A stretch of 63,612 nt of DNA, the filler included, from Phoronis australis (lineage: Eukaryota > Animalia > Phoronida), in the NCBI GenBank assembly GCA_002633005.1. It is 8 parts of 8 records of this genome, joined end to end, with 100 filler letters (N's around TTAATTAATTAA, not from the genome) between each part and the next. Parts side by side here need not be neighbours in the genome. Positions count along the whole stretch, not along the records: positions 1 to 29,150 come from NMRA01000633.1; positions 29,251 to 33,953 come from NMRA01002509.1; positions 34,054 to 39,726 come from NMRA01002293.1; 5 more parts are not named here. One strand, 5' to 3'. Made by a program: the position numbers and the translations under genes. The notes under the pieces were generated by a model. That model worked only from the letters and a program-made list of their open reading frames with translations. It was not told the DNA's origin and did not search any database. Shown here in pieces: positions 25,140 to 37,481 of this stretch. Numbering within the stretch: position 1 is the stretch's first letter; each line of letters begins with the position of its first letter.

Positions 25140-28100
25140 GAGACTCTACTACTTAATCCTGTCTTCACAAATCCATTTTTGTTTTCTCCGTTTTGATGAA
25201 AACTATCTGGTAAACTTTTTGACGAAAATTATCCGCCAACTTTCTTCCAAAGGTAGTGACTCGTAAACTCTTGTCTTTACGAGGAAGTTCAGCCATAGCC
25301 TAGTGAGCGAATTAACCAAACTACTCTTCGCTGGCCCTGATCAGATGGTTGGTCTCAGCAGAATGCTCACATTTGGCCAGGATTTGGATCAGCGATTTCA
25401 ACAAATTCACATTCGTGTACAAATAAATAGAACGCTGGTAAAACCTTTAACAAAAATAAAGATTACGTTAATACTTCATAAATAACCACCTGGACCAGTC
25501 AAAATCTATCTCGCAATTCAACAGCAGGTTACACACTCATTTCATGTCGAATATATGCCGCACAAAATCTCTCGACTGCAATCTATGAAAATGCAACCAA
25601 CTTCTTTGAAAACATGGAACAGGAACACCAGAGGGGTGTAAAGGTTGTTTTTATTCTTTAATGTTAAATTTTTTGTAAGCGGACATATGGTTTTTTAAAT
25701 TTCCGCCTGAAGTCCTAACATTTCTAAACTTAAGCCTTTCAAACGAACGCTTATGACGAAAACAAAATTCTTCAACCAGTTTTGTAAAGTCCTATGCCAC
25801 CTGTAGAGTACATAATGAGCCAATCCCACTCCTAATGTAACAAAAGGGTCCCGTGCATAAAGGATACTAAGTATTGCCCTTCTGAAATGTTACCATATGC
25901 GCCGTAATAAGCGGCCAGGGTGCTTAGAAAAATCCGCTTCAGGAAGGGGGCGCTTATTATAGCCCAAAAGTGGTTGAAACCCGATCTCTGAAACAGGTGA
26001 AATCGTAAGCTAGAATTCATCAAAGTTACGCTCTGTGATGCATCTGTAACCTATGAACAGAGTTTCTACAAAACTGCAGTGCATTGCTCTCAAACATTGT
26101 TGTCAACTTACGAGCATTTTTCAGAAAATACCACTGCCAAAAATTGGCGTGAATCAGGTTTCAAGCTCCTCAGCTTGGTTTAACTATATATTAATAAACC
26201 ATAAAAATGGTTCCAAGTGATCAGTGCAATGCCTGCGCACGTCTAATAAATGTGTATCATGCAGCTCCTGATTTAAACAAAGGTCTGTTTTTTTAAATTT
26301 GGTCCAGTATAAATAACGCCACAGACCTGAAAATCCAGCGAAACACTTCTACCTAACAAATCTGACAATCCCTAGTCTCAGAAAATTTGAGCACCCGGCA
26401 AAAGATACTAATGATGAAATTCTGGTGATGATAATCACCCACTTTGTTTATTTACTTCACCTAAATTTGAAATACTTGGTAAAATGAAGCCCATTCGAGT
26501 AAGCATCATGTGGGTCCCAATGCCAACCCAATATATGATAGAACCCAACAAGCTCAAGTTGCAGTCAAATCAGGATGTATCAACAGATTGGCCAAATAAG
26601 AATAAGATACAAAGTGTTGCTACAGTGCACACATGCACGATACTTGTTTCCATCACTTGTATCGTCGATTTTCGACATTGATGTTGGGGAGGAACAACGG
26701 TCTGGCGACAGCAACACGTAATCACACGAAGGCGATGATTTTCAAAATTTGATTCGTTTTCGTAATATCTAGTATGTCTTTTTTCCCTATGGTTCAGGGC
26801 TACTATTGAATCCAGGAACAAGAACTGATAAAGGGAGTGTTCGTGATAACGTTGGAGAACGGTAACATTTATATAAGGTGTTACAACTGTCATCGATATT
26901 GTCATCTCCTCTGTTTTCATCCAACCTTCCCAGATGAAAACTTGAATGAAGAGGACCTTCAGTACTTGAGTGAGAATGGTATACTGTGCGATTTATGTTG
27001 AATTATTCAACGGTTCTTTTAAGAACCATTTCACGCTATAGCTACAACCAACGGCCCTTTTAAGGGCCACTCAACACTTCCCAGAAGAACTGCTCACTTG
27101 AGAATGTTGATTTATAAACATGCTTTCGTAGTTTTCTCAGTAGGCCTGTGTGAACCATAAATCAAAAACTGTCGATAACTATGCTGCTATTGGGCAAGCA
27201 GATGACATAATCAGTTGGCACCGAAGTTTGAATTTTGTAATTAATTACCAGTAGCATTGCCAAAAGTACTCACAATACCAACACTTCTACTATTGAAAGA
27301 CTTTGAAAAGCGTTTCAATGCCGAAATTAATATTTTTTTCGTCGTTTTGGACAGTAAAGTAGATGCAAGTATTTCTCGTCAAAATACACTAACCGGAAAC
27401 TGCACCAGAAAGGTCAGGAGAGTTCAGCTCAGCACGTAAGGATGTGCCGGAGTTGCGAATCTGTTGTCTATAATCTGTGTTGGAACTATATCTACACAGT
27501 CATGCCTATGGCTAGGTGTAGTTTGCTGCAAGAAATCATATAATAACATTTCTTACTTTTCCAGTCATTCAATTTCTTATTAGCACAGACATTCACGTAT
27601 AGTATTGTCCACCACCTTTGACTTTTTAGGGAATATGGCAGGTACCTACTGCTCTACTGAGCGTCCCCTTTAAGTTTTGAGAAATTTCAGTTAAGTGCCA
27701 GGGCACTCAACATTCCTTTTCATTAAGTTCTGATCGACCCAGAGTAATTTCATGCTTGTGCGTACAGTTATCAATTTCTAAAAAAACTGCTAGAGACATT
27801 GATGAAATCTGCTAACGTCAGTTTGACTGACAATAAGCGAAAAACAAAACTGGACTTGCATTTTTTTTATTACTTCAAGACCATACACAAACATCCTGTA
27901 ACGTATTGCCAACCTTTGAATTCCGAAATCGAGAGGGAGCAGATTAACTCTGTGAGGCACACTGACCCTTCTGTCGCCACACATCCTACGCCAGCAGTAA
28001 CCCGCCAATAATACATTTCCAGATAACTAGGAAGTCGGGGGAATTTCACCAAAATGGGGAGAATTTGACACCTTTCCAATGAGGTATGAGAATTCTTCAA

Positions 28101-29150
28101 AATCCAAGAGCTTCCCACCTAAATCGATTTGGAAATGTTAGCAAAACCACTGTCACATTTTTCTGGCCTGATTTTTCGAATACGTTTTCTCTAGTGCAGT
28201 CGGATCATCGATCTTTATCTCTAATAATTGGAACACTTCACTTTTTTCTCTAATAGTTCGTACGGCCAGTTTTGTCTCTATTAATTCGGACACAAAGTTC
28301 TCAAGGGGAAAATTGTTCCTACAGTAGTGTACCAACTGAGAAAACAGCATTAAGTGTACTATGTTCTGTTCTTGTGAGTTCTGTTATTGGTTGAATAGTT
28401 TGTTTTATAGAAATGCCTATATGGTATTTAATGCTCTTGCTACAAAGCACCTTGTTTGCATTCATTCAGTAACTGTTGATATCTGTGAATGCATCTGTTG
28501 TTCAATTATTTATAGCTCAATAGAATTGTTATATGAACACCATTGATTTAACCTTCCACAGCCTTTAAGATTAGGAGACCAGATGAGAATGTATAGACCC
28601 TTTCCCCCTGCAGTTAAGTTTGCTAGATCAGAATTTATAGACCCTTTCCTCGTACAGTTAAGTTTCACTGGTGCGAAACAACATGACCGCCGGTCCTCTA
28701 AACAGGACCTCCGGGGATCAAATGGGACCGCCGCACCAGAAAATGGGACTGACGCACCCAAAAACATGACCGCCCCACCACAAAACAGGACCGCCGGGGA
28801 CTGAGTAGTTAAGGCCTTTGTGTGATACTGCGGGTTATGACGTAACCGGTCAGATAGCTGTGTAAAGACTATCGCCAAAATAAAGCTTGACAGCCTTGCG
28901 TTATTGAGCTCCGTTACATCCCCGACATTGCCCACAGCCCGGGTAGTTCTGCTCGTCACCTCGTCGTGGAACTTACATCAACATGTAGTAGAGCGCGCGA
29001 CCGATGCAGGCGCATGCAAAATCTAGGCGTCAACCAACACTCACCTTGCAGTTTGCAACCGCTTGAGTGAAAAACAATCTAATGAACTGTTGTAATAATA
29101 AGTGACATGTGCACGCGCCATTTCCTCAGAAAAATTTTGAGACATCTTTC

Positions 29151-29250
29151 NNNNNNNNNNNNNNNNNNNNNNNNNNNNNNNNNNNNNNNNNNNNTTAATT
29201 AATTAANNNNNNNNNNNNNNNNNNNNNNNNNNNNNNNNNNNNNNNNNNNN
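29151..29250. other. Artificial contig spacer
   Basis: N44-TTAATTAATTAA-N44; the insert has stops in all six frames. Confidence 0.98.
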
Positions 29251-30434
29251 CTGTATTCGAAAAACCTACCTTTCTTCCTCGCGACACAAACATTTCTCGG
29301 TGAGTAAGATAAGAGATACCATGTGTTAGAAGATCACTTTGTTCCAATGAAACGATTGCTAGTAGTGATGCGGAGTGTGCGGTTCGTCAGGGAGGATGAT
29401 TGTCTACCTTTTAAACTGTTTCATATGAAATGCTCATTCCTCTGAAGTTTGCCTTCGTAAGCTTGTCATGAAAACTGTTTTTGTGCGCTTTGTTTCCAGC
29501 GAACCAAGAAGTGAGTTTGATCATTTCACGATTTTATGTTATTATTGTGACTATAGGTTGTGTTCCTGTATATATTATTGAGATTGAATTTTCGTCACCG
29601 TTATTTGACTGGTGAGACTGTGATGCAATGTTAATAGTTTGTAATATAACCTAATTAAGAGGACAGATTTGTTCACTTTCTCTTTATATGAAAATATGAA
29701 GTTGAAATAATTTGTCATCAGCGCTGCATGTACATGTATATCCATTTTGACATAGTTATATTTTCCAATATTCAAGGTGGATTTCTAGTCCGCAGTAGTC
29801 GCTTTGAATTATTCTCTTACCTGTGTCATTCAAGTTATATCGATACCGAATCTAAGCTAAAAGTATCAACCTTGAATAACTGTTGCAGGCAACTTTTATT
29901 CAAGTAAAACCATGCTAGAATTTCTGCAACTTACATGCAACTGCAACGTATGGAAAGGTTATCAAGTAATCCAAACATGGAACTTAACATCTGAAAGAGG
30001 ACTCGTCAACATGCTTCATCAAATAATCTAAATTTCAACAATTCGTTGTTCTGTGTGGTGAAACCTCTCAATGGACGGGCTTGACAATCACTGCCCCAAA
30101 GTTCATATCTACATGTATAGTGGCCGGAGAGAAATTGATATCCACAAACAGTGCGGATCGACTTCTAAACCTACTGAAATGACCTGGAACGCGATCGCTC
30201 GGACTTCTTGTGTTCCGATACCTGTACAGGTCTTGTCATTGGATCGTTTCATCTCACCACTCAACATTGACGATCGACAAAAGCAAATCCCACGGCACGC
30301 GCAATGTTACCTGAACTTTAGTTCATTTTAGGTAAACCAAATAAAACTGATAAAGTAATAATATGCAATAAAACATGTTTTTCATTGCTTTCCGACAGTC
30401 TTGAGCAAGGTAAGTTTACTTACAAGAACGGTCA

Positions 30435-30950
30435 GACGTTTCAACCCTCAATCTAAGGCATTTGTTCATTGATTGTATGTTGCTGCAATAGGTTGACCTG
30501 CGTCTAAGCGGGGAGTTGGAGGTCTTGATCTCTGTTCAAGTTGATACAGGGATGGATGGAGATGGCTGTTTGGACTCCACCAGTCTGTGTCCAAATCACG
30601 TTGTCGCCTGATTTGTGGGAGCAAATTCCTTCGACAAATCAAGCGAGAACGCGATCAGGACACACAGAGGTATTAGTTCCAAAGTTATCTACCGCCATCC
30701 TTTACATGAAGAACCTTTCTGAGCAACTTCAGGTCACACGGGGTAACAAACTGCTTCAAACCTGTGAACAATATCCAGGAAAAGTTTGTTCACCTCAAGG
30801 ATCCAACCTCCAATGACAAGAAATCCTGTTTTATACACTGTATACTAGTTAACATTAAAAGAACACTCCAAAAACCGTACCCTAGCTATGAGGATCGAGG
30901 AACACTAAATTAGAGAGACTCGATAGTGTCTATGAAAATACATTATGGAG
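30435..30950 (+). mobile_element. Penelope-like element remnant
   Basis: Frameshifted peptide ILYMKNLSEQLQ / HGVTNCFKPVNNIQEKFVHLKDP matches the PLE linker between RT and GIY-YIG (IPYVxxLSExLxR..HGIxxxFKPxNTLxxxLVHPKD). Hammerhead-like remnant at 30435-30470 on the minus strand. Confidence 0.6.
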
Positions 30951-31601
30951 TGAACATACTACCAAAGCCAAACTCCTTGTCAGAGAGGAACACATGTACT
31001 CAAGAAATGTCAAAGAAGTTGTCTACATTAGGGCACAACAAGCATCAAAACGAATACTGAAGTCAATAAGAAAAAACACGATTGACTTCAGCAAGTACTT
31101 CGAAGAGATTACAAAATAATCTTTCGTCAAGAAATAAATCGACTTATTTCTCATAAAGCATAGTCTTAAAGACACAAATGTAATTTCAGATGGTTTGACG
31201 AGTTTCTAGAAATCAACAGTGTCAGCGATTGTCCCAAGTCTCATCTTGAACAGTGATCAAGGCCTCAAACTCCCCGCTGTGTTTGACCTCATCGTAGACC
31301 CAGGTTGACCTATCGTGGCAACAGTCAGTAAACAAGACCCTATTAGAGTAAAGGGTAGAAGCGTCTGATTGTTGTCAACTGCATGCTTTCTTGTGAGTAA
31401 ACCATACTTGCTCAATAAGAAACGTGTTTTCAGCGCATTGATGGCACGTTTTGTATGCTTAAGAAGTGAATCATGTACACTGACAGTCATTACATGTACA
31501 GCACACATCACGAATTTTTGGCCGACCGGTCGGAAATTGGTCGACGGCCGGCCGTCGACCGGTCGGCAAATTTGCCGATCGGTCGGCTAAAAATTAGCCG
31601 A

Positions 31602-31938
31602 CCGGCAGCCGCCCGCAGTGCCGACTCATAAGGCGACTCACCAGCCGACCCTTCAGCCGACCCTTCAGCCGACCGGCCATCAGCCGACCAAGTGGTCGGC
31701 TGCTATTTTTAGGCTACAGTAGCAGTTGCGTAATAGGTTGTGAGGCTGATACCACTTTGCGTGTCGATGNCCGCCAGCCGCCCGCAGTGCCGACTCATAA
31801 GGCGACTCCCCAGCCGACCCTTCAGCCGACCCTTCAGCCGACCGGCCATCAGCCGACCTACTGGTCGGCTGCTATTTTTAGACTACAGTAGCAGTTGCGT
31901 AATAGGTTGTCAGGCTGATACCACTTTGCGTGTCGATG
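31602..31938 (+). repeat. 168-bp tandem duplication joined by one N
   Basis: 31602-31769 and 31771-31938, few substitutions, N at 31770. Confidence 0.95.
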
Positions 31939-32330
31939 CATATTCGTCTTAGCACAGAGTCAAATAAATTAACCTAGTTCCACTGTCTCCGTTGCATGAG
32001 TTTACATCGGTTGTGTAACACCAATAATTCGAAGGTTGAAGGCCAGCGGTAATATTATTGAATTATGGACAGTGCTACAAGTTTTGGTTAAAAGACGTGA
32101 ATGTTTTCTTTACATTTGACCTTTAATTTCAATCGTGACGTTAACAAGCTGCATTAGATTGGCTGCTTCCTGGTCAATACAACTCTGTAGTCATTTTGCA
32201 AACGCAGCTATATTTGACACTCTTCGCCCACAATTGTTTTTTGTTTGTGATACGCAGTACTGCATATTTTTGCGTTTTTAAAATTCTCCACGGTACTCCT
32301 ATCACGTGCCCATGATGTTGGGATAGTGAC

Positions 32331-32680
32331 TGAGTTGTTACACCGCGAAGAGGTCTCACTCCGGGGTTTTTATTTTTATGTGATTAACCCTTGCCGTACA
32401 GAAGCAAACTTCACGGTCCAGAATGCCTTAAGCCCACGGACTTCGATGACTCTAACTTCATCATAGGGTTACGATTTCAACGAACTTGGACAGTGACATC
32501 AAACATGAGTTGTTACACCGCGAAGAGCTCTCACTCCGGGGTTTTTATTTTCATATGATTAACCCTTGCCGTACAGAAGCACACTTCACGGTCCAGAATG
32601 CCCTAAGCCCACGGACTTCGATGACTCTAACTTCATCATAGGGTTACGATTTCCACGAACTTGGACAGTGACATCAAACA
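32331..32680 (+). repeat. 175-bp direct tandem duplication with no N
   Basis: 32331-32505 and 32506-32680, both TGAGTTGTTACACCGCGAAGAG...GGACAGTGACATCAAACA. Confidence 0.95.
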
Positions 32681-33953
32681 CGGAATAGCCACTGTTGAGG
32701 CTACAACCAATTCTAGCTTTGCGCATTCAGTTTTCTTAGGGCATCGGTGACGTTAAAATCAGCGCTAGTTACATGTATCAGTTCTTCGTTCACGTTGTTC
32801 CAAAAATAAATATTTTCTGTCAACAACACATTGAAAAATTATGTATAATAAAACAATTCTGAACGGGAAGATGTGAATACGTGGTGAAAAGGTATTTGTC
32901 TCAACAAGGCATATGTGCGTTAATTTTTTTAAAGCGGCGATTGCGATGTCGAAAAAATGATAGAAAATAAACCAAGGTGCAGAATAACTCTTCTGTGCTT
33001 GGCTGTAAGAAGACCTACAACAACTTTTTGAAACTGCGGTCAATTAAAAAAAATCCAGTATGAGAGCGCTTCATAAGAAATGCCAAGCACATACCGCGTT
33101 AAAAGACAGCGACGTTGGCGTTTCCGGATGTCCACAAAAGTGCTTTGAGCAGAGTGTACAAATCTGTTCATTTCGCTTTTCTACACTGACGAATACGCCC
33201 AACACGGTGTTTGAAAAAAGTCCACTTTTGAGGGCGTTTTCAAAAATTAATATGTTTAGTTGATTCATTCATTTCAGAGTGTCGGTGCCCATTTCTTACA
33301 TCAAATGTACGCGTGGGCAGAAAACGCATCTGCGTAAAGAAAGAGATGCGTTTTCAAAACTTTCAGAGCTGTGTGTTGTCAGGACCCTACATTAATAAAC
33401 ATTAGGCCAAGTACAACGCACGTCTTCAAAATTTAGATAAACAAAGTTTACGGCAAACTGATTACAGGGTCACTGACTCGGAGCACGTTCTTAGGCATAC
33501 GTATATTGTAATATCGGTTGAATTATACGTTATAACTGCGAATACCACATACGCGAACAATAAGCCATGCACATTTATATCTGATCACAACTCTCCCCCT
33601 GCTTTGAAAACAAACAATCGTGTAGATAATATTCGGAAATAACCTGAACTAAAATGATGAATGTACAATTAGCAATCATACTTTTGCAGTGGTTCATAAC
33701 AAACGGATTCTTTAAACCCGGTAAATATTTTTGCAACTACCTAGTATCTGCATATTAGGCATGCATATTACTTCATACCTCATCACAGTAAAACTTGTTA
33801 TCAATCACACTACAAACAATTATTTTTATCATTGCCACAAGACGTTAACAAAAGCGGTCAGTGTCTGTAACTGTAGCGTCTACATTGCTGATCAATAAAT
33901 ATCGGTCATAATTAATTTTTAGTACACTGATTCATGCCAATGGTTTGAAATCG

Positions 33954-34053
33954 NNNNNNNNNNNNNNNNNNNNNNNNNNNNNNNNNNNNNNNNNNNNTTA
34001 ATTAATTAANNNNNNNNNNNNNNNNNNNNNNNNNNNNNNNNNNNNNNNNNNNN
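33954..34053. other. Artificial contig spacer
   Basis: N44-TTAATTAATTAA-N44. Confidence 0.98.
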
Positions 34054-34821
34054 TGGCGCCATCTAGTGCAAAAATCACCCAAGGAAAATGTCAGTGAAAA
34101 CATAACATGGTGCTGAAAACAAGCCGGGCACATGTTTCATGAAAATTTTCGAAAGTGGCGTCATCCCATGATCTTCATCTCACAATATCCACTTTACGAT
34201 AAAGCAGCAACATGAAGAAATAAGCCTTGTCACTAGATGGCGTTGGGATAGCTGGAGTCAGCGTTTTGTCCTCTTGTATGAAAGTTTACTGCAGTGAGAT
34301 TTTCCAAAAATTTTATGATTTCCAGGCAACCGTCATGCCACTAAACTGCGAGTGTTGTGAAGTTGGGAGTTCAAACGACTCGCACATTAATTTCCAATGT
34401 CTCAAAACAGTTGTGAATGAGAGAAATTGCGTTTCGTACCTGTCTCATGCATCTAAATTAGAAAATGGGTCAAGCCAAAAAGATGTTTGTTCTCACACAA
34501 TACATCAGAGTTGTATGCAGAATGTCTCTTGTAGCTGAAAAGTGCTGGTGACATCATACCACCAATGAAACTTCACACTAATGATGTCAAATATACAAAC
34601 TAAGGAATCACAACTTTTGTGCAGGGCATAAATCTTACCATAGTTGTTTGGCCAAGTCACTCGAACAATCACAGACAGTCAAGTGAAAACTATCAAAATA
34701 TTTCGTTCTGTACCCTGTACATTGTATTCTAGAAACTGTAATTGAAAATGTTGCCTCGTGCTGCGTAAAACAGGAAGGCTGAACACTTGCACTGCTGCAA
34801 AGAACAGAAAATTGGACATAC

Positions 34822-34890
34822 CACTAACAATGCATACAGTATGACGCCACAACTCCAAACATCCGCACGACGACCATCATATTTTTCTCC
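34822..34890 (-). CDS. BRSK: BRSK/SAD serine/threonine kinase, internal exon (69 bp)
   Basis: tttcag|[23 protein letters not shown]|gtatgt; phase 0/0; kinase subdomain IX in BRSK1/2 form. Confidence 0.95.
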
Positions 34891-36169
34891 CTGAAATGTG
34901 ACAAAAACTACAATAGTAAACCTTTTAAGCGGAACAAGGCACACTATCACAAAAGAACAACAGGATCAATAACTTTCTAGCATTAGGTTCAATACAGTTA
35001 GCAGCAGCAACACAACTATCACATTACAGCTGTTTAGATCAATGGTTCATTGACCCATACTTGCAATGCAGCCCACCCGGAAAGCAATCACTAGTGAGTC
35101 AATTGCATGCTTGACAGAATAAAGTTTTCCACTGTTCTTCAATATTTCAATTCCTAAAATTTGTCTGTTCAATGTTAGGTTAAAACTTCCAAACACTAGA
35201 GACCAGTGGACTAATCTTCCCAATTTCTTGAAGTTCATTTCTGTCAATTTCTTGGGACCTGTGCGATCTGCAATGTGTTTTGGAAAAAATGAGGCAAATC
35301 TGGAAGTTCTTTTATTGAATGGAAAATACATAACCGAAAAATGAAACAGGCAATTTTCAACTCTTTAGTAGTTTAATTTCAATTCTTTGCTTTTCAAACT
35401 AAATTAAAAAAATGTAATTTCAGTATACAAAAGATTTTCCCTTTTAAGTACCAAATTGTAAATAAATTTTGTAGTAGATTCCATTTCAACAAAAAGGTGC
35501 ACAGAACACACAATTCCCAGTTTCACACACCACAGAGGCAAGTCTAACAGCAAACACTTCATTCACAAATGGCAAGTCCTTTAGACGGTCAAGACAAGAA
35601 AAGAAAAGAAAAATTCTCATTTGCAGTTGAATATAAAAAAAATGCGTCAAATGTGACACATCCAAAAGGTCAACATCTATCGTTTTCAATTCTGTGGTGT
35701 CAAATGAGACCAGAAATGTACCCAAAAGGCAAAATTATGGCTGCAAAAGTAAAAAAGAAATGAGGCTACATTAATTTCCTCGAGCCCACGATGTTAGTAT
35801 CCACTTGTAGTGAGAAATTTATGCTTATGGAACAGTCAAATCAATCCCACAATTCAACATTCTAACGTCACTAACCAATCACTTTTATAGCCGCCATTTT
35901 ACTAAGACAGGCTATTAAGCCAGCAAGCATACTCACGAAACATTCGTCTTTCACTCGCATGATTTTGTGAGGTATTGCACAAACTTGATTCTCCTGTATG
36001 AATCTACGGACCACTACCCTCGGCACGGTAGTATCTTAATTACACAACTTTTACTAAACTTTCCGTTTTTACTTTTACTAATATTATCAGTTACCGTTTC
36101 ACACGATAACTTGTTAATATAACAATATGTTAATAACTGAATAAAGAATAGCTGATGAAACTGACTTAC

Positions 36170-36203
36170 CCGAATCACTTCAGGGCAAGCATAGTGAGGT
36201 GAC
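36170..36203 (-). CDS. BRSK: BRSK/SAD kinase, internal exon (34 bp)
   Basis: cctag|g-SPHYACPEVIR|gtaagt. GSPHYACPEVIR is diagnostic of BRSK/SAD-1; phases join both neighbours. Confidence 0.95.
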
Positions 36204-36605
36204 CTAGGCAGAAAAGAATAAGGCATACAGCTGTGCACAGCTTCAACAGATCTCGAGTGTACTTTAATAGACAGTAAAATACACTTCATAATAATGCGTT
36301 AACACCCGCCACTCCCCTATGAAACGGAAATTAATATTTTTAGAAACCAATGTGATACCTATGTCCGAATTTATAACTTGGTGTTTTGAATGTGTCAAGA
36401 AATTGTAAGTTTTATAATAACTATGACTTCATTACTAGTACCTATCTAGGCAGTTCCCGAAAACCAAAGACACAAAAACGAACACCATAAAATAGCACCA
36501 AGAATAACAAAATGCATATTGTTGTCGTTTGTAATTTTTCTGACACGGTCACGGCTTGAGGAGGACATAGCCTGACCCCTTAAATCAACCTATAACCTTC
36601 CTTAC

Positions 36606-36722
36606 CCACAACTAGTTTCAAGCATTGCTCCGTCCACCTGTAACGAGGCCATGCCAAAATCGGCAACGCGAATGTTATTCTTTTCATCCAACAAAAGATT
36701 CTCTGGCTTTAAATCTCGATGA
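36606..36722 (-). CDS. BRSK: BRSK/SAD kinase, internal exon (117 bp)
   Basis: ttttcag|[39 protein letters not shown]|gtaag; catalytic loop, DFG and activation-loop Thr. Confidence 0.97.
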
Positions 36723-37060
36723 CTGAAAATACAGACAATAAAGTTCATACAAACTTAAAACTTCCAGCTTTTTGCTACTGACGTCTCCGTGAATGTGGTG
36801 TGTTGACAGGTATATTGACTAAATTTTAGCACATTTTATAATCAAAAACACGGCGCTATTGTTGAGATATTCGATAACAAACTACCAATAGCATACAATT
36901 TAGAGATATATAATAAAATAATATTAAGAAAACTGTAAAAAGACTGGTCATTGGCTTGTTAATGTCATGAAGGATTCACTTTGTGCGAAACAGCTTGAGC
37001 CAAGAAAAATTAATATAGACAAAAAAGATAAGACTTCAAATTGAATCATATAAACACTTA

Positions 37061-37210
<150 letters not shown>

Positions 37211-37239
37211 TTAATGCTGCGTTAACAAGTGAAGAAGAG

Positions 37240-37312
37240 TAAATCAAGGTACATATAAACAAGTTAAATCAAGGTACATATAAACAAGTTAAATCAAGGT
37301 ACATATAAACAA
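37240..37312 (+). repeat. 25-bp tandem repeat x3 in a BRSK intron
   Basis: Unit TAAATCAAGGTACATATAAACAAGT at 37240, 37265 and 37290. Confidence 0.9.
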
Positions 37313-37466
37313 AACATGAAATAGTGGTTGTCAGGAGTAGACTAAAACTGATTTTAGTTGCATAAAAATTGTTTGTTTGTTCTACTTGTTTATTTCTAGC
37401 AGTTAGCCCTCGACTTACCCGACCTACATTAGGCCAAGTCAGTGAGTCTTTACAGCTGAATACTTG

Positions 37467-37481
37467 AGAACGTTCTAGAAG
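37467..37481. promoter_or_regulatory. Three-unit heat-shock element motif in a BRSK intron
   Basis: aGAAcgTTCtaGAAg; motif match only. Confidence 0.25.

Noticed and set aside
29195-29206. TTAATTAATTAA as a biological motif
   Set aside because: Identical and centred in seven 100-bp N blocks; an assembly linker.
33071-33268. LCSKHF motif suggesting a THAP domain
   Set aside because: No N-terminal Cys pair or Trp at the right spacing; it lies within GCGTTTTCAAAA-type MITE sequence.
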